From: Folioceros fuciformis | Taxonomy: Eukaryota | Length of the DNA stretch: 64,000 nt | NCBI GenBank assembly: GCA_049999805.1 | Contig: JBNGIO010003970.1 | Coordinates: 1-64,000, forward strand | Reading direction: 5' to 3' | In this document: piece by piece, positions 1 through 14,014 of the stretch | How the letters are laid out: each line of letters begins with the position of its first letter | Position numbering within the stretch: position 1 is the stretch's first letter | Notes under the pieces: model-generated | The model's input: only the letters and a program-made list of their open reading frames with translations | What the model was told of the DNA's origin: nothing | Database searches by the model: none | Program-made: the position numbers and the translations under genes

Positions 1-177
1 GCGCCGATCTACTGGTGCACCTAGACTCGAAAACGTTATTTTCAATCAAGAAAACTTCCTTAATATACTCACTTAACAGTAGGAGTGTGTCGGTCTACCA
101 GCACACGTGGACTCGAAAACTTTATTTTCAGGCGCAGCCGAGATGCAAGAGTGCGTAGGTAGACCGATGCACCTAGG
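1..177. repeat. Three degenerate copies of a palindromic core (consensus GAGTGCGCCGGT-AG/CT-ACCGGCGCACTC); same family as the 14.0-14.4 kb and 23.9-24.1 kb arrays
   Basis: gcgccgatctactggtgcac (1-20), ggagtgtgtcggtctaccagcacac (~81-105), gagtgcgtaggtagaccgatgcac (~149-172). Confidence 0.7.
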
Positions 178-724
178 GTATAGGAGTATCCTATTGTTGT
201 CTTTTCTACATCGAGCTTTTTGTTTCCTTGTGTTATTGATGTAACGAACACTTGTTTGGTTAACTACAAAAACTTGGAGATACTTCAAATGTGTCCTAGG
301 TAGACGATACGAAAGACCATAGATTGAAGGATGTGGGTGTAGTCATAGATTTAGAGGCAAACCTTGAAGAACTTGTGTTTGTGTGGGAGGGCACTATGGG
401 ATGAGTGACTGTGTATAGTGGTTTTTAGAAATGATGTCCACCTATGGCTAAATATCAAACACATTAAGTGTATTTCAAAAAGTCATTGAATCAATAAATC
501 ACCATATGTTTTGCCATTATTGTTGGGTGAATGCGCCGATCTCACTGTACCTTGTGTGGTGCTGCAATCATGTAGTTGAAGGAGGGGACCCTCCTCCCTC
601 TTATCTTCTCCCTTCCTCATCTTCAATTCCATTAAGATACTCAACGGGTACCTGCATGCTGGTGTACTCCCGCTTTGCCCTATGCGAGAGGTTGGGCACT
701 AGTATGCTCGCGTACTCTGGGGGC

Positions 725-1040
725 TCTTTGCTGGACGCTGGGCACCAACATGCTAGTGTACTCCCTCTCCTCCCTGTGCTGGACGCTGGGCACCAACATG
801 CTAGTATACTCCCTCTCCTCCCTATGCTCAACTCTGGGCACCGACATGCTAATATACTCCCTCTCCTCCCTATGTTGGAGGTTGGACACCAACATGCTTA
901 TTTACTCCCTCTCCTCCCTATGCTGGAGGTTGGATACCAACATGCTTATTTACTCCCTCTCCTCCCTATGCTGGAGGTTGGANNNNNNNNNNCTATGCTG
1001 GAGGTTGGACACCAACATGCTTATTTACTCCCTCTCCTCA
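725..1040. repeat. 48-bp minisatellite, about 6 visible units, collapsed at an assembly gap
   Basis: Unit ~ctatgctggaggttggacaccaacatgcttatttactccctctcctcc; 16-aa periodicity in the ORF track; N run at 983-992. Confidence 0.9.
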
Positions 1041-2795
1041 TTTTGCCTTTTCTAGCTCTCCCTATTGAGACAAAGTGTGTTTGCCATCATGATAACGATC
1101 CCCTTCTCCACCTCGCGAGGTTGAACAATGGTCAAAATGCTTCCCTACCCGTGTGAGGGTTCGAGAGCACTACGATGTTAGTGCCCTCCTTTAACACCTT
1201 ATGTCGGCATGCTAGTGCCTCTATCCCCTCCCCCCCTCATCTTCGTTTGATGCGAGAAGGATGTTGATAGACTAGTGCCCTCTCTCCCTCATTCCTTCTT
1301 GTTCTACATTTGATGTGGAGGGTGTTCTCACTCTAGTCCTCCCCTCGATTGCTCTGTTGGAGTATTATTCCTTTGTCCTTCTAATTGCCTCCTTCGATAC
1401 CTAGGCAAAAACCAGTCCACTTGTGGGGAGATAAAATCTTGCTTATCCTAGCCCACTATGTTGTTTCTCTCATGATTAGTGTCGATGTTATAAGTGAGGG
1501 TAGGAAACAAACAAAGAGACCATTGGCAAGGTTGGTAGCCCAAGCTCTGGTTTGTCCCAACCACCATCATCCAATGCCTCATCATTTCAATATTCGGAAA
1601 ACAAGGATGTGAAACCGTCTAACCCCAAAAGAAGGAAGACAAATCACGAAAAGCAACTGGGCCATCGAGAGGGCTAGTAGGTTCTATGTGGATCCTAGAA
1701 TCATTTGTGGATAATTTAAATATTTTTAATGATAATCACTATTTCTTACATAGAAAAAAATTACATAAAAAAGGAAAAACAGTAAGAAGTCAAGTAAGGT
1801 CCAAATAGTATCACTAATTGTGGGTAATGATAGTTGAACTTCACTTAAACTTTATTTTTTATATCTTTTATTTAAAAGAAATGAGAAATTCCATCTAACT
1901 CAAACAATAGGGAAAAGAAACCCAAGAGAAAAAAAAAAGGGAAAATAACCACTTACGGATGCTTAGGCTCCCATGAAAACGTAACGCTTAGAAATATGCG
2001 TTAGGTTAGGCTATGAGCGGTAGCCATTTATGCAGCTGCGCTCTAGCAATTGGAATTTCTGTGGTAGATAATATTTGTCTTCTGCTGTTTGCCCATCGAG
2101 ATGCTTTTATGCGTGTCTCGCGGATGGACGAAGGAACGAGAGAACAAGGGTACTTTTAGGCGAGAGCTGGCGCGGGATGCGTTTATCGAAGTTGCGCTTC
2201 ATGGCAGGAAGACGAGGCGGGCTCCTTTTCATGCGTCGACCAACTGTCTCAAATGAATGACTGTTTCTAGTGAGTTGTTAGGGTGTATATTGAAATTATT
2301 GTTATTAATTTTTGTTTTGTCGATGGGTCCTGGACAACCAACCAATCGGTCGGGGCCGGGGCACAGAATTCGCAAAACGGTCCAGGACTTCCGGTCCGCA
2401 AAACACAGCAAGTCTCGGGTGGGATGGGCGGTTGGCGGCCAAGTTGTGTATGTTGTTTGCTCGTGAAGAGTCCAGTCTAGCGCCTACTCGATTCAGCGAC
2501 CGACTCAGAAGTACTGCAAAGGGCCGGTCGGCCGGCTGGCCGGTGCTCGATACATACCTGGGTGCAACCCGAAGCAGTGGTTCCGCCTCTGGCTGGTTTT
2601 GTGTTAGCAACGCAGCTCGGTTTCCAGCCCAAAAGATAATTTCATTGCAAAGGTTAAGCCTTCCGTCTTTTAGGGTTTATTCGAGATCAAAGGCATCTCC
2701 ACGCCAATTCAACCTCTTACGTATGTTTGGAGCGGGTGGTAGAGAGTGACGAAGTACAGGCACAGGCAGGACTTCCACATTTGTCCAAGAAGGAG

Positions 2796-5700
2796 ATGGG
2801 GGACCGGGAGGATGAGACCGACGAGGTACACGACCCCGACATTGTTCCAGAAGGGGATATGGTTTCAGAGGATGCGAGCATGGCCGCCTTGCAGGAGCTG
2901 GTCTCCCAGTACAAGTCGGCATTAGTTGAATTGACATTCAACTCCAAGCCGATTATTACAAATTTGACCATTATAGCGGGGGAGAACGCGCATGCTGCAA
3001 AGGGCATCTCCTCCACCATCTGCGCGCACATTCTGGAGGTTTCTTCCGATCCTTTGATTCAGCTTGCCCCAACCCTCTTCATTCTGCATTTCCTTTCACC
3101 CTGGCGGCCCTAGGGTTATGCACCTGTACTAGTGCGCCTGATATCAAGAAGGCTCGGGGTTTCATACCTTTATGTTTCATTTTGTTTTACAGGCTCCTAA
3201 GGAACATAAGTTGCCATCCCTTTATCTTCTGGACAGCATAGTTAAGAATATTGGAGGAGAGTACGTGAAATACTTCTCTGCGCGCCTGCCAGAGGTAAGA
3301 GGTCCATTTCACTCTTTATGGGCCCGTTTCGTAACCCATCTATGCGCTCTTCGTTGCCTTCCTATTTTTCCTAACCTTGCTAATCCGTTCGGTATGTCTC
3401 GACTGCCTTGATATTGCTGTGCATCTATTTGAGTACCGCCTCCTCTGGCACTGCTTTCACGGCAGGTTGAACTCATTGGCCTGCTTTTGTGTATGCTTCT
3501 GCAGGTGTTCTGCAGGTCTTATCGCCAAGTGGATCCGGGGACTTATCCTGCCATGCAGCATTTATTTCGCACATGGCGGGGGGTATTTCCTGCACCACAA
3601 CTTAGTTACATTGAAGAACAGCTTCAATTTTCTTCTGTTGTGAATGGCTCAACAGCTAGCACAGCACCATCTCGGCCAATTGAGTCACAGTCTCCTCGTA
3701 CAGGGCATGGCATGCATGTTAATCCGAAGTATATTGAAGCAGCACACCGACAGCGAATTCAGCAGTCAAACAGGGTATGAATGAATGGCTGAGGTCTTAC
3801 CAAAATTTCGGTTTTTATTTTTTGCAATTCTTGCAGTATCTGATACTGAGCTAAGCCTCCGTGCTGCGGAGAGCTTTCGGGCTACTGGATCAGTAAATTG
3901 TGGGCGTGGACCCAGTGTTTAGAATGCTCCAGCACTGCACGCACTTTCTGTATCTCAATTAGTGTCAGTCTACATGACCCCGAGTCTGATAGGAAGCTCT
4001 AGGTTATCTCGTTAGCTGTGCTGGTCTGTGTGATAGACTGCATGCGTGCTTTTGGTTTGTTGTGTCGGTTCATGGTCAGACGGTTTTATAAATTATGACG
4101 CAATTCAAGGGACAGCTTGCTAGCTTCATGTGTGCAGGTCTCTCAAAGAGGGGAGGACGTTTTTTGCGAGCCAGGGTTTGTTCGGCATGCCTTGTTTGAA
4201 GCGACAGAGTATGACATTCCTAGTAATTCAAGGCCCGGTGTATCAAGGAAAGTAGAAACAGATGCAGTTTGGGAGGATGTTTGGTCTGGGGAGGTCGATG
4301 GTGACGGGGTCATGTTTTCCGGGGAAGGTGGAGTTGCTGGCATCTTGCACCCTCAGAATGGGTATGATGGGATACAACTATCCTCTAGAAAGCTGGCGTT
4401 CGATGGTTATGGCTACAACAGGGGACCAGGACCAGGCACGGGGGTTACTCTTTTTCAAGGGTTAGATAGTGAGCACAGGAAGAAAACAGCTGGTGGACAT
4501 ACCCAACACTTTGATGATGAAGATTATTCATGGAAGGAGATGAGCTCGAAAGCACGGGAGAAGGATCATATGGTATTGAACAGTACAAGAAATTACTGGT
4601 CACCTGGTGATCCACAGAGAGGTTCTGCCAGAGGTGTTGGACGGTCCAAACTGCCTGTCCAAAACCCCGGAACTGCGGCTTCCGTGAACTGGTCTAGGAC
4701 AAGGCCTTTTGACCAACAGGACCTGTCTCTCGTTGATGATCGATTGCCGCTGAGTAGGGTCAGTGTGTTTGGCTCTCCCTCTCCCTATTTGCAAACTCAC
4801 TTTGACTACGTTGTAGACTTGCTTGCAAGCCAGTCATTGTATGCCTTTTAGAATCCTCTTTCTGGTCTTGCCCTTCTGTCTAGACCCTTGCATTGCTCCA
4901 CTTCCTTGGACAATTGTGGAGTCTGTGCTCCTGAATGTGTGCATCCTTTTTGGTCGTTTGCCTATGTGAACCTCAAGTCTTATCCTCTTTGTGTCCTTCG
5001 TCTGTAGGATTTGGAAGAGAGGGACCACCCGCACTTGCGTACGGTGTTTGGACCTCGAGATGGAGTTGGAGACTTGCAAGTGGCTCTTGATCGACCTCAA
5101 AGGTCTGATGGAACAGCTAGAATGCGGTCCTCCGTGGTGGGTTTGTCTAGTAGGATTATGTCGCCATCAAGGTTGGGACTCACAGATGTGGTTTTACCAT
5201 TGGGGAGCGTGTCCATGAACTCTGCTGGCAGTGAAGGCGTGGATGGAATCGGGGGTCTGTCTGTGAGCACTAGCACAAGGTCTCAGGCTGTTGGTGGGTC
5301 CTCTGCCCTGGGCCTTCTGTCTCCAGTTACTCCTGGTACTCACTTTCATCACAGGCAGCGGTCAACATCACCTTTGCGGATGCACCCTCAGTCTCAGCTT
5401 CAGCAGCTGTCCGCTGCCCCTCCTCCCCCATTGCCACCAGGTCACCAGTCCCAAGTGTTGAGTTTGCAACAAGCTGCTCAGTCTAAACAGATGAAGTCTC
5501 TTTTGGCTCAAACACCTCACTACCAGCTTCCTGGTACTGTTGAAACTCAAACAATGGCTTCTTTGCAGCAACTGCAGCGTTTCCAACAGCAACAACAATC
5601 ACAGTCAGTGGTGGCATTGCAGCGACAGCAGGCGCATATTGCCCAGACATCTTCAGACCCGTCCCAAGGATCTCTTTCAAAACGTGTTATACCAGGTTCT

Positions 5701-7421
5701 CAAGGTACTGGCAGTGACAATCTTTTGGCTGCCTTCTTGCAGTCTGGCCTCCTACCACCATCCCAGACACCTCAGGCTTCTTTGTCAGCTAGTCGTCTTT
5801 CTTTGAACAGCTCGTCGTCAGCGCTCCCCAGTGTCCAAAGGCAACCTTCATCCAGTGGATCCCTTTCTGCAGGGTACTCTCTACCTATAGGCCTTGTAAG
5901 TGGTGGTCTGAATGGAGCTACGGGGAGCTCCTCGCACAACTTGCGATATCCACAAGTCACAGGGCCTGCTTCCAAGTTAAGACCAGGAAACTCAGCAGAT
6001 GATTCCACTATTTCACGATCTCCTGCACCTGCCATGAATCAGTTTTCATCACTGATTTCATCACTTGTGGCTCGTGGGTTGATAATTGCACCCCAATCGT
6101 CTGTAGATACGCCACCTGTTACTTCTTCTATGTCCAGACCACCTTCTTTAGTAAACTCTGGGCTTGATTCCATACTAGGCAGCATGCCATCGGTGACCCA
6201 CTCTAGTTCAGTTGTTCATACTGTCACAGAGGCCACAATGGCAGGATCCTCATTTGAACCTGCAGATGCTCTTCCCTACATGACGGATAGCTGGAATGAG
6301 GTTTCTATTGGAAACGAGTTCAAGCAGGAATTGCTGAGAGAGCGAATTGAATCTGTAATCAATGCATTGTATGTAGACTTTCCGAGACAATGCAAGACCT
6401 GTGGTTTGAGATTTAAAGCTCAAGAAGACCACAGTAAGCATATGGACTGGCATGTCTCCAGAAATCGGAGGCAAAGGTCTCAGAAGAAGACATCAAGGAA
6501 GTGGTTTGCCAGTGTAAAAGAATGGCTTAGTGGAACTGGGGCCTCAGCAACAGATGTTGCACCGATGTTCTTCAGTGGAGATGCACAAGCGAAGGTGGAA
6601 GATCAGGATATTTTGGCAGTGCCGTCAGATGAGAATCAACGTAGTTGTGCTTTGTGTGGGGAGCCTTTTGAGGACTTCTACAGCGACGAAACTGATGAAT
6701 GGATGTTCAAAGGAGCAGTATATATGAACGTACTGTCAGGCCACTCCGTCGATGGATTGCAGATCTCGCAATTGGGGCCTATTGTCCATGCTAAATGTAG
6801 AACAGAATCAGAGGCAACAGCAGCTGCAGCCGCCTCCAGCGAGGAAGATGACGGGGTAAGTGAGTTCTGCCGTCGAATACGGAGGGTTTTCTACTTATTG
6901 CACAGCTTAGTTTCTTTGCTGCACCTTGTGTTATCTGTTTCAATCTTTGCCTGTGTACTTGCTATACAAATCTGCCCAGATTTGAGAACAAAACATGTGC
7001 TTTCCTGGCTACCACTTGTGTTTTGTAGGTCCATCATGGCCATGTTCAGCATGAGCTGGGTGGAGTGTTTCTTGAGGTTGGGAAGAGTTTGCATGAGACA
7101 TGAGGTTGGCCCTTGGTTGATCCCTAGAGACTGACAATCTCTGTCCACGGTGGGGTGGTTTTCATTGTTCAGGTGCAGCCAGAGCTATTGGCTGGCAAGA
7201 GGGATCGGGATAGCAGAGGAGGAAATGGCATGGCTGTATCACTGAAGACCAATTTTGAGAATTCAGGATTGAAGGTATTGGGTGACCACTTGGTTTGTCT
7301 CATGATTGTCATGTTATTCGCTTTGCTGAACTTGTGGTGTTGACAATTGTGGATCGCTACGTGCCTCTATCAGGACGATTCTGAAGATTCCGGTGGCAAG
7401 CGGAAACGAATTCGATACTGA
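2796..7421 (+). CDS. PCF11: PCF11-like polyadenylation/cleavage factor (PCFS4 family), multi-exon
   Basis: N-terminal CID domain across exons ([50 protein letters not shown]); C-terminal zinc fingers ([46 protein letters not shown]); last exon ends GGKRKRIRY* at 7421. The start and some internal exon limits are inferred. Confidence 0.9.
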
Positions 7422-8505
7422 CGCGCCAACGGTTATCGGTTTTATCTAACTTAGCAAATTCCTCTGTCCAGCATGCGGGGCGGGGGCCTGATCTCAGGTC
7501 TCATGCATTTTTGCTGATGACCGCCAGTTGTACTTTATAATCTTGATATAAATCAACAGTGCATTGCAAGTGCTGTCACTACATGTCTACATGCCCAGTC
7601 TGTATCGAAAGGGCAAACAGTGACCTCTTGACCTGAGCGATGTCTCATCTTTAGCGGTTTTAGTCGTATGTTGGTCTTTCATTGGGGTCGACAACTAACT
7701 AATGAATTTAATATAATTTACATTGTCTTCGCATCAGTATCAGCAAGAGTGTCATTACCGAGGTCGAACATCGTCATTGATTGATTACTACAAGATCAGA
7801 TTCCTTTGGATTCAATTCATTTGTTGGTGGCAACAGGTCAATTGTCCATCCTAACCCTCACGCATTTTACAATAAAAAAATCGAACCGAGGTAACCATGT
7901 CCCCGGTAAACAATGACGGTCGCCGCCGGGGCCCACCTAGACTAGCAGAACCGTAGCCCTTTGGGGTCGACGACAATTCATATACCAAAGATCCGGACTC
8001 CCTTCGGCAGACCAGAACAGACTCCGAATCGCCGTCCAACAACGAGTTCACCTCAAGCCTGAGAACCAGCAAGAAAAGGCCCTGGTGGGGCCCGAGCTCC
8101 TGCATCAGACACGTCCGTGGACCAGCCCCATCTTAGCAGGATGGGAAGCTCCTCCACCTTTTCTATGCTCAACTGTACGCTCCCAGACCGGTCCTCATTA
8201 CAGGACGTGCCAAAATGGCAAGGCAGCGCCTCAGGCAAAAGTGAAGAAATGTAGATACAGTAAAAACTGGACGGGCAAGGTTCAGAGCCAAGCCTGAGAA
8301 GCCCTGCGCCGTGACAAGGTCCCGTGTGATGTCACATTTTGAACCAACGTTGGGTCCACGCTATGTCCGCCTTGAAAAGCCCTAAAGATATCAACGTGTC
8401 AGTCACGTTTCTGCTAAGATATCCAAACGGCACACTAAATCCTGAAACGAATGCGTCTAGCACCCTCACTCAATTCGGGCAAAGCAACAGAAGTCCAACA
8501 AGAAG

Positions 8506-10508
8506 CTACATCACCTCATTAAGCAAATCTGAAGGGCCACGAGGCTCCCACTGGGTTTCTCCTGTGCCCAACTCTGAGCTGAGAGTGACTCCCTCCATTG
8601 GATCGAAGAGGCTTCCTGACTGTTCATGTGGTCGCAATCTCTTCAATGATACTGGACTCTGCATCTCAGCAAGCCTTTGGACAATGCAGTTGACAGAGTC
8701 TGCTTGAATGGTTTCATCTCTTAAACCCATTCTGCGCCTTTTACTCCCAACGGACGCTGCCATCCCTGTTATACAAGAGTACGCATAAACCCCGAAGTGA
8801 CACAATTGCATCTTCAGCATGAGCTTTCGGATGTGGAAAATGACTGGCAAACATACCTGGGAGGACAGAAATCCTGGAACCAACCCCGGAGCTTCCCCCT
8901 GATTCCCCCACTCTATATCCAGGGACAAAAACCACCTGAGACTTGCATTCATCAAGTCCAGAGCTTGTCCCTTTTCTGCAATGCAGCACGTCAAAACTTG
9001 TCAAGCTATTCATTCCCTAATCGCTTATACTAGTCAGAAAGGACTGAAAATTCTCAGCGCCCCTCATTCAAGATGTCAGTGCATCTCGAAGTGTGGAAAG
9101 CGGACAATACTGACAACAGTGAGAAGGAACTGGAGAGGAGAAGTGCAAAGGCTGTTGGTGGATTACCTGTACATGCTATCCACAAAGTCATCTATAAGGC
9201 ATGGCCAGGCACCTGCAACAGCCAACAAGGACCAGCACCCAGTAGAGACAGATTCACGATGACAAGTCAGATATGAAAACTGGCTTGTCAGAGGACAATC
9301 CGGCGATGACCAGCACCCCTTCTGACCTTCTGGATCATAGTTACTCAGGTCTTCATGAACACTGCGGCTGAACTCCAACAGTTGCCTCCAAGTATCCTCT
9401 GATATAGCATATCGTTGGTGCGCCTGTTCTGTGAACCGTCAAAAATCTTTCATAATGCAAGGCATTGGACACAAAGCTGTGGACTGGCATGACTAAGATA
9501 AAAGAGACCATGAAAAGATTACCTGCACAAAAGCACACCACTGATCCAGCAACCTGAACCGTCCTGCTAAAGAAAGCCTCCAAGCTTCCACAGCAGTCCT
9601 CACACCTGTGGACAAAAGACACTACCAAAGCTCATCAACAGAGTTAATCAATTGCAAGATGAATGGTCCAAGAACCCCAGGGGTCTTCAGAATTCAACAA
9701 AGAATTTTTGAACCACTACCTAGATTCTTCTGCCCGCTTTCCCGACAGATGAAGAAGACGAAACGGTAGAAAATATTGAAATTACGTGTATCAAACAGCT
9801 GCACAAGCAAATGTACATACATGTACATCACCCTTATTAGACAAAAGATGCCGACTACGCATGAATGCTCTCTACACCTACCGGCACTTGCAGATTGGAT
9901 TTGAGAAGTGGCAGACCCTCTAGGGCTGCTTGCCTGGGTTATTGCCACAAACAGGTCAGAAGCACTAGAAGCATCAGATCAGAGTAGTGTTACTCATGTA
10001 ACTGCAGCAAGACATTGGACCTCTAAAACTTAGAAAAAGCAATAAGCTGGCGCATTTTCAGAAAAATCACAATGACATTGAAAGTCATTTCACTGCTCGG
10101 AAAGGGCAGGCACAAGGTGCCTCAAACCTATATTCCAAATCAATCCCTTCCTCATGAATTTCAGAGCATTAGTACTGCAGGGCAACGGGAGGAGTACCCG
10201 TTGAGAGATTCATTTTCAGCGAATTCAGCGAGAGTGGCGAGTCGCTGTTTGATCTTCCCGGGATTTTCCTCAGCCACCACTATATCTGCAATTCAGGATG
10301 ACAACCCTGTGATTCACCCCCTCAACATTGCATTCAACTAATGATTGGTCACCCGACCACTTGCAATGACCACAGAGCGCGGAACATTGATTGGCAAAGA
10401 ATCAGATCAGCATACAACTTCCAGACCTGCAAATTCAGTATAAATTTCCCATAATCCGGCATCTCTACTGGGCCTGAGAAGGGAGGGAGAAGCTGCCAAG
10501 GGCAGCAT
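8506..10508 (-). CDS. AAR3: DCN1-like (defective in cullin neddylation) protein, AAR3 type, multi-exon
   Basis: Spliced peptides LWEIYTEF; FNIFYRFVFFICRESGQKNL; AVEAWRLSLAGRFRLLDQWCAFV; ISEDTWRQLLEFSRSVHEDLSNYDPEG; AWPCLIDDFVDSMYR match the cullin-binding (PONY) domain; last exon contains GSKRRR. Confidence 0.85.
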
Positions 10509-11469
10509 GACGCGGGGAGAGAGGGCAGAGCGACGGCGGGAGATCACAGCCCTGCAGGCAGCACGCAAACGAACTACAGCAGCGGAGAGGCAGGCGACAG
10601 GAGTGGCGAACTGACAGCATGGCGCGAGTCGTGACCGAGACTGTGACTGCACCCGACCGAGGACAGAAGCCTCATTTCCTCCTTACAATGTATCTACGGC
10701 CTCTTTTAAGACTGGGAGTGGCTTTCCCTCTGCCTTGGTGTGCATTCCTAACGTTTGAAGTCTAGGATGAGTTTTATCAATTCAGACCTACGATGGCCGA
10801 ATGCCGAAGGGTTTTCTTCCTAGACCTATTCAGCGAGTCCCAAGATCAATTCAAGGCATTAAGATCGATAATCCATATAGCCTTCAAGCATGGTTATATC
10901 TCCATAGGATGAACATTATATTTTATATAGCTTGCCAGATATGTATATTTATTTCATGTCTTATCTACCCCTAAAGAGGGAGATAAAAGACGGGGAATGA
11001 TCCGGAAGGAGAAAGGATTGAAGCTTAATGACTACCAATAGCACCTAAAAATATAATGGTATGCAAGGAGAAAGGGTCTATAGCTATCACTCGCATAAAC
11101 CCTAAAAAACCGTATGGGTTTCTAATACTCCTACTGCATATATCAATACCTTAACATAGAGGACTTTACTCACTCAGAAGATTAGCAAGCATGTTCTATG
11201 TAGGGTAGGGAAATACTTTCTATTCTTGAATATGAGATGGAAAGTCTCATCTATTCCAAAAATACTTTCTATTCTTGAAAAAGAGATGGAAAGTCTTATC
11301 TATTCCAAAGATACGAAGGAATAACCTGAGCAAGGTCAAAAGGAGCACTAGCCCCTTCAAGCATCATTCTCAAAACTGCATATTGCTCCCAAATGTCTTA
11401 ATGCAAGTAACAAAAGGACTACCTACCCTACCACGGGTGCCAAAGAATCCGTTTAGCCTGCACTCGATG

Positions 11470-11990
11470 CTAATCGAAAGATCACATTAGCCATTGCTCT
11501 TCATAAAGCAATGGATACGCATTGTCGAAAGAAAGCCACTACTCATGAAGGAGGAAGAACTTCATTCCTATTACTATGATACACCTTTGAGCACTCCTTG
11601 ATGAACCTTGAAAAGTTCTTGCCTATGGTCCCATGGGTCTCCAGAGCAAAGGGGATTAAACATGCCCGTCCTATATGGGAGAATACTTAGGAACTTAGGC
11701 ACTTGCATAACCCTTCGCCACCCACCTATGGGGGTTGATAGCGATATGCTGACAATCAAATGTCTAGTGGGATCCGTAACAACCATATTAGCGACACAAA
11801 CTTGTTCCCCTCTAGTGAAAGAAAGGTCGACTCTAAGTGAAACTCCATTGTGCAAAGTATATGGATTCTCTGTGCACGGAAGAAACCCACGTTTTCTAGC
11901 CATTGAGAACATTGTTTCGCGACTAGCTGCTAATGCAACCAACTCATAAGCAATCATTAATGCCCATGAGTTGTCCATAACAGCACAATC
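11470..11990 (-). mobile_element. Decayed C-terminal restriction-like endonuclease (RLE) domain of a CRE/R2-type non-LTR retrotransposon
   Basis: RVDLSF...VANMVVTDPT, then after a frameshift ALETHGTIGKNFSRFIKEC and FFRQCVSIAL*RAMA; resembles RLE motifs R-PD, DV-V-DP, ET-G--G and QR-S-AL. Confidence 0.65.
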
Positions 11991-12049
11991 TATGGTGAGA
12001 CGACTTCCTCCTATGGCGGTTCCCTCTAGCACTTGCTACTGTCGGGATT

Positions 12050-12800
12050 GCTATGGCCCACCCCCTATTCTTGGACAACGCATCTCCATGGAAAATGTGT
12101 TGCGTAACCTATGATGGCCAAATGAACGATAAGTCCACATCGTCTGCTGGAAATGCGCAATGTCTCCTTGTATTTACTAGGTCGAAGCCCACAAATGTTA
12201 GGCGTATTGATGGATTGCGGCGCCTTAGATTACACTCATACCACCTAACTTTTAGAACCACCAGCTTGAACCCCCCTTGGAAACGCACTTGCAAAATTTC
12301 ACTCACAATTTCGTGGTAGGTGCATCGCACACCATCTGCCATCATGTACTTTGTGAGGACGCCACTATCTTGAGTGGTACGGACATTAGCATGAGGTACG
12401 GACATTAGCACGAGGTATGGACATGGCGTTCATTGTCTACTACCAAAGTTTGGAAGTGTCTGCCCCCGATTATCATATGGCAAAATGAGATCCCCACCAA
12501 GTCAGGGCCATCCATTATAGTAGTGACATCATTGGACAATTTAAGGAATTGCTCCCATAGCCCGGCTTCATGGCCCATATGCATCCAACAGCAGAAGTAG
12601 GCTATGTGGTTTTCCCTTAGGCATGTTGTACATTCGGCCTCATACATCTTCACGTTGTGGAGAACAAAGTTGTGCACGTGGTGCAACTCTGTTGTAGTGA
12701 AGAGGTATGGACATCCACTGCCTAAGGGCTCTCCATTGTGATTGATATCACCTTTTTGGGCCTAGAGGTGTGTTGACTTGGGGTACCTCTCTTGGAGAAA
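12050..12800 (-). mobile_element. CACTA/EnSpm transposase relic (C-terminal DUF4216-like region)
   Basis: DGP...IIGGRHFQT...TTQDSGV...YHEIVSEILQVRF...VVLKVRWYE...GFDLVNT...SFIWPS*VTQ, in the order typical of EnSpm TnpD C-termini; frameshifted by a short tandem duplication near 12380-12425. Confidence 0.8.
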
Positions 12801-14014
12801 TGTCTTGGCATATTGATTGCTTGTTGCTTCACATATGCCTCTACGATACTCCCCTCAGGTTTGCTACATTGCCTCATACTTTTTTTTTGTTACCATGAAA
12901 CCGCTGAATAGGGTACATCCACCTCTAAGGCCGAGTAGTGAGAGCCCAAGTAGTGAGGTGCCAACCAGCCAGCACCGTGCCTCCCCTTTTTACCAAGCCC
13001 TAAGAGCCCAAGCAAGAAGGGCGCCGGCTGACTGATACCCCTCAAATTTTATTTTATTGCTGCAATAAGCATTTTTATGGACTTCTTTAAACGTAACAAC
13101 TATTGTTTCCATCCTGTTTGTGCAGCAATTAAAACTCATGGACAAACTCTCTTGTCTCCCTAAAAGCTTCTAGCATTTTATATACTAAGTGAACAATTGG
13201 AAGGACCTTGAGCTTCATCGCAAAGGGTTGTATGTGTTTTGGCCTAAGAAATTCAAAGTGTGCTTCAGCGGGATGGACTACATGAAAGAAAACATAGTTC
13301 TATTAAAAGATGGCAGGAAGAGAAGAAGTGCAACTAAAGCAATGGAGAAAGGACAAACCACCCTAGCCTCTTCTTGAGGAACAAGAGAGAAAGAAGCTAA
13401 CAATTTGGAGGACTTGTAAGTTGTACAAGAAGTAGATAGCTTGGATTAAGAAGCTAAGAACCTTTTACTGAATGTGACTGTTGTCCTAGATTTTATGACT
13501 GCAAAGAATGAAGATGTGTATCGTTTATAGATCAATAACTAGATACATTTTGTGCTTCGTATGAATATATAAGGTATAGGGGTGATGTTTTCAGCAATCA
13601 AAAGAGATCTATTCACATGCATCATGTGACTTTAATTTTACTCTCCAACTAAAGTTTTCTGGTAAAGTGGAACATGAAACCAAGCGTTGGCTACTCGGCA
13701 CCCTAACTACTAATAAACTTTTCCATAGAATCGTATATCATTTTCACCAATATCTCTAGTTGCTCACCAGGGTGTCAAGTTTTGGAGTATGATTGGTTTC
13801 ATATACAGTGTGCCAACATCCTCCAAATGAACAATAGGACTTGCCACCCATCAAAGGGGGGCAATGGTTTTGGATGCTTTGTGTGGAGCTGATTTTGTCA
13901 AGAAGGTCTACCCCCTTTAAAAGAAGGACACAATATTCCCCCCCCCCCCCCCTCTTTCAAATTACTATTGTTTTATCTCTATCTGGTCTTGTGAGGCTAG
14001 TGCACAAGTGACAA

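Noticed and set aside
506-1156. 216-aa ORF with 16-aa repeats
   Set aside because: It is a translation of the 48-bp minisatellite and spans an N gap.
7860-8100. Possible Pol III ncRNA (GGTTCGA followed by a T-run on the minus strand; CTAACCCT template-like motif)
   Set aside because: No cloverleaf or recognisable snRNA, SRP or telomerase RNA motifs; most simply the 3' UTR region of the AAR3-like gene. An Rfam/Infernal scan would settle it.
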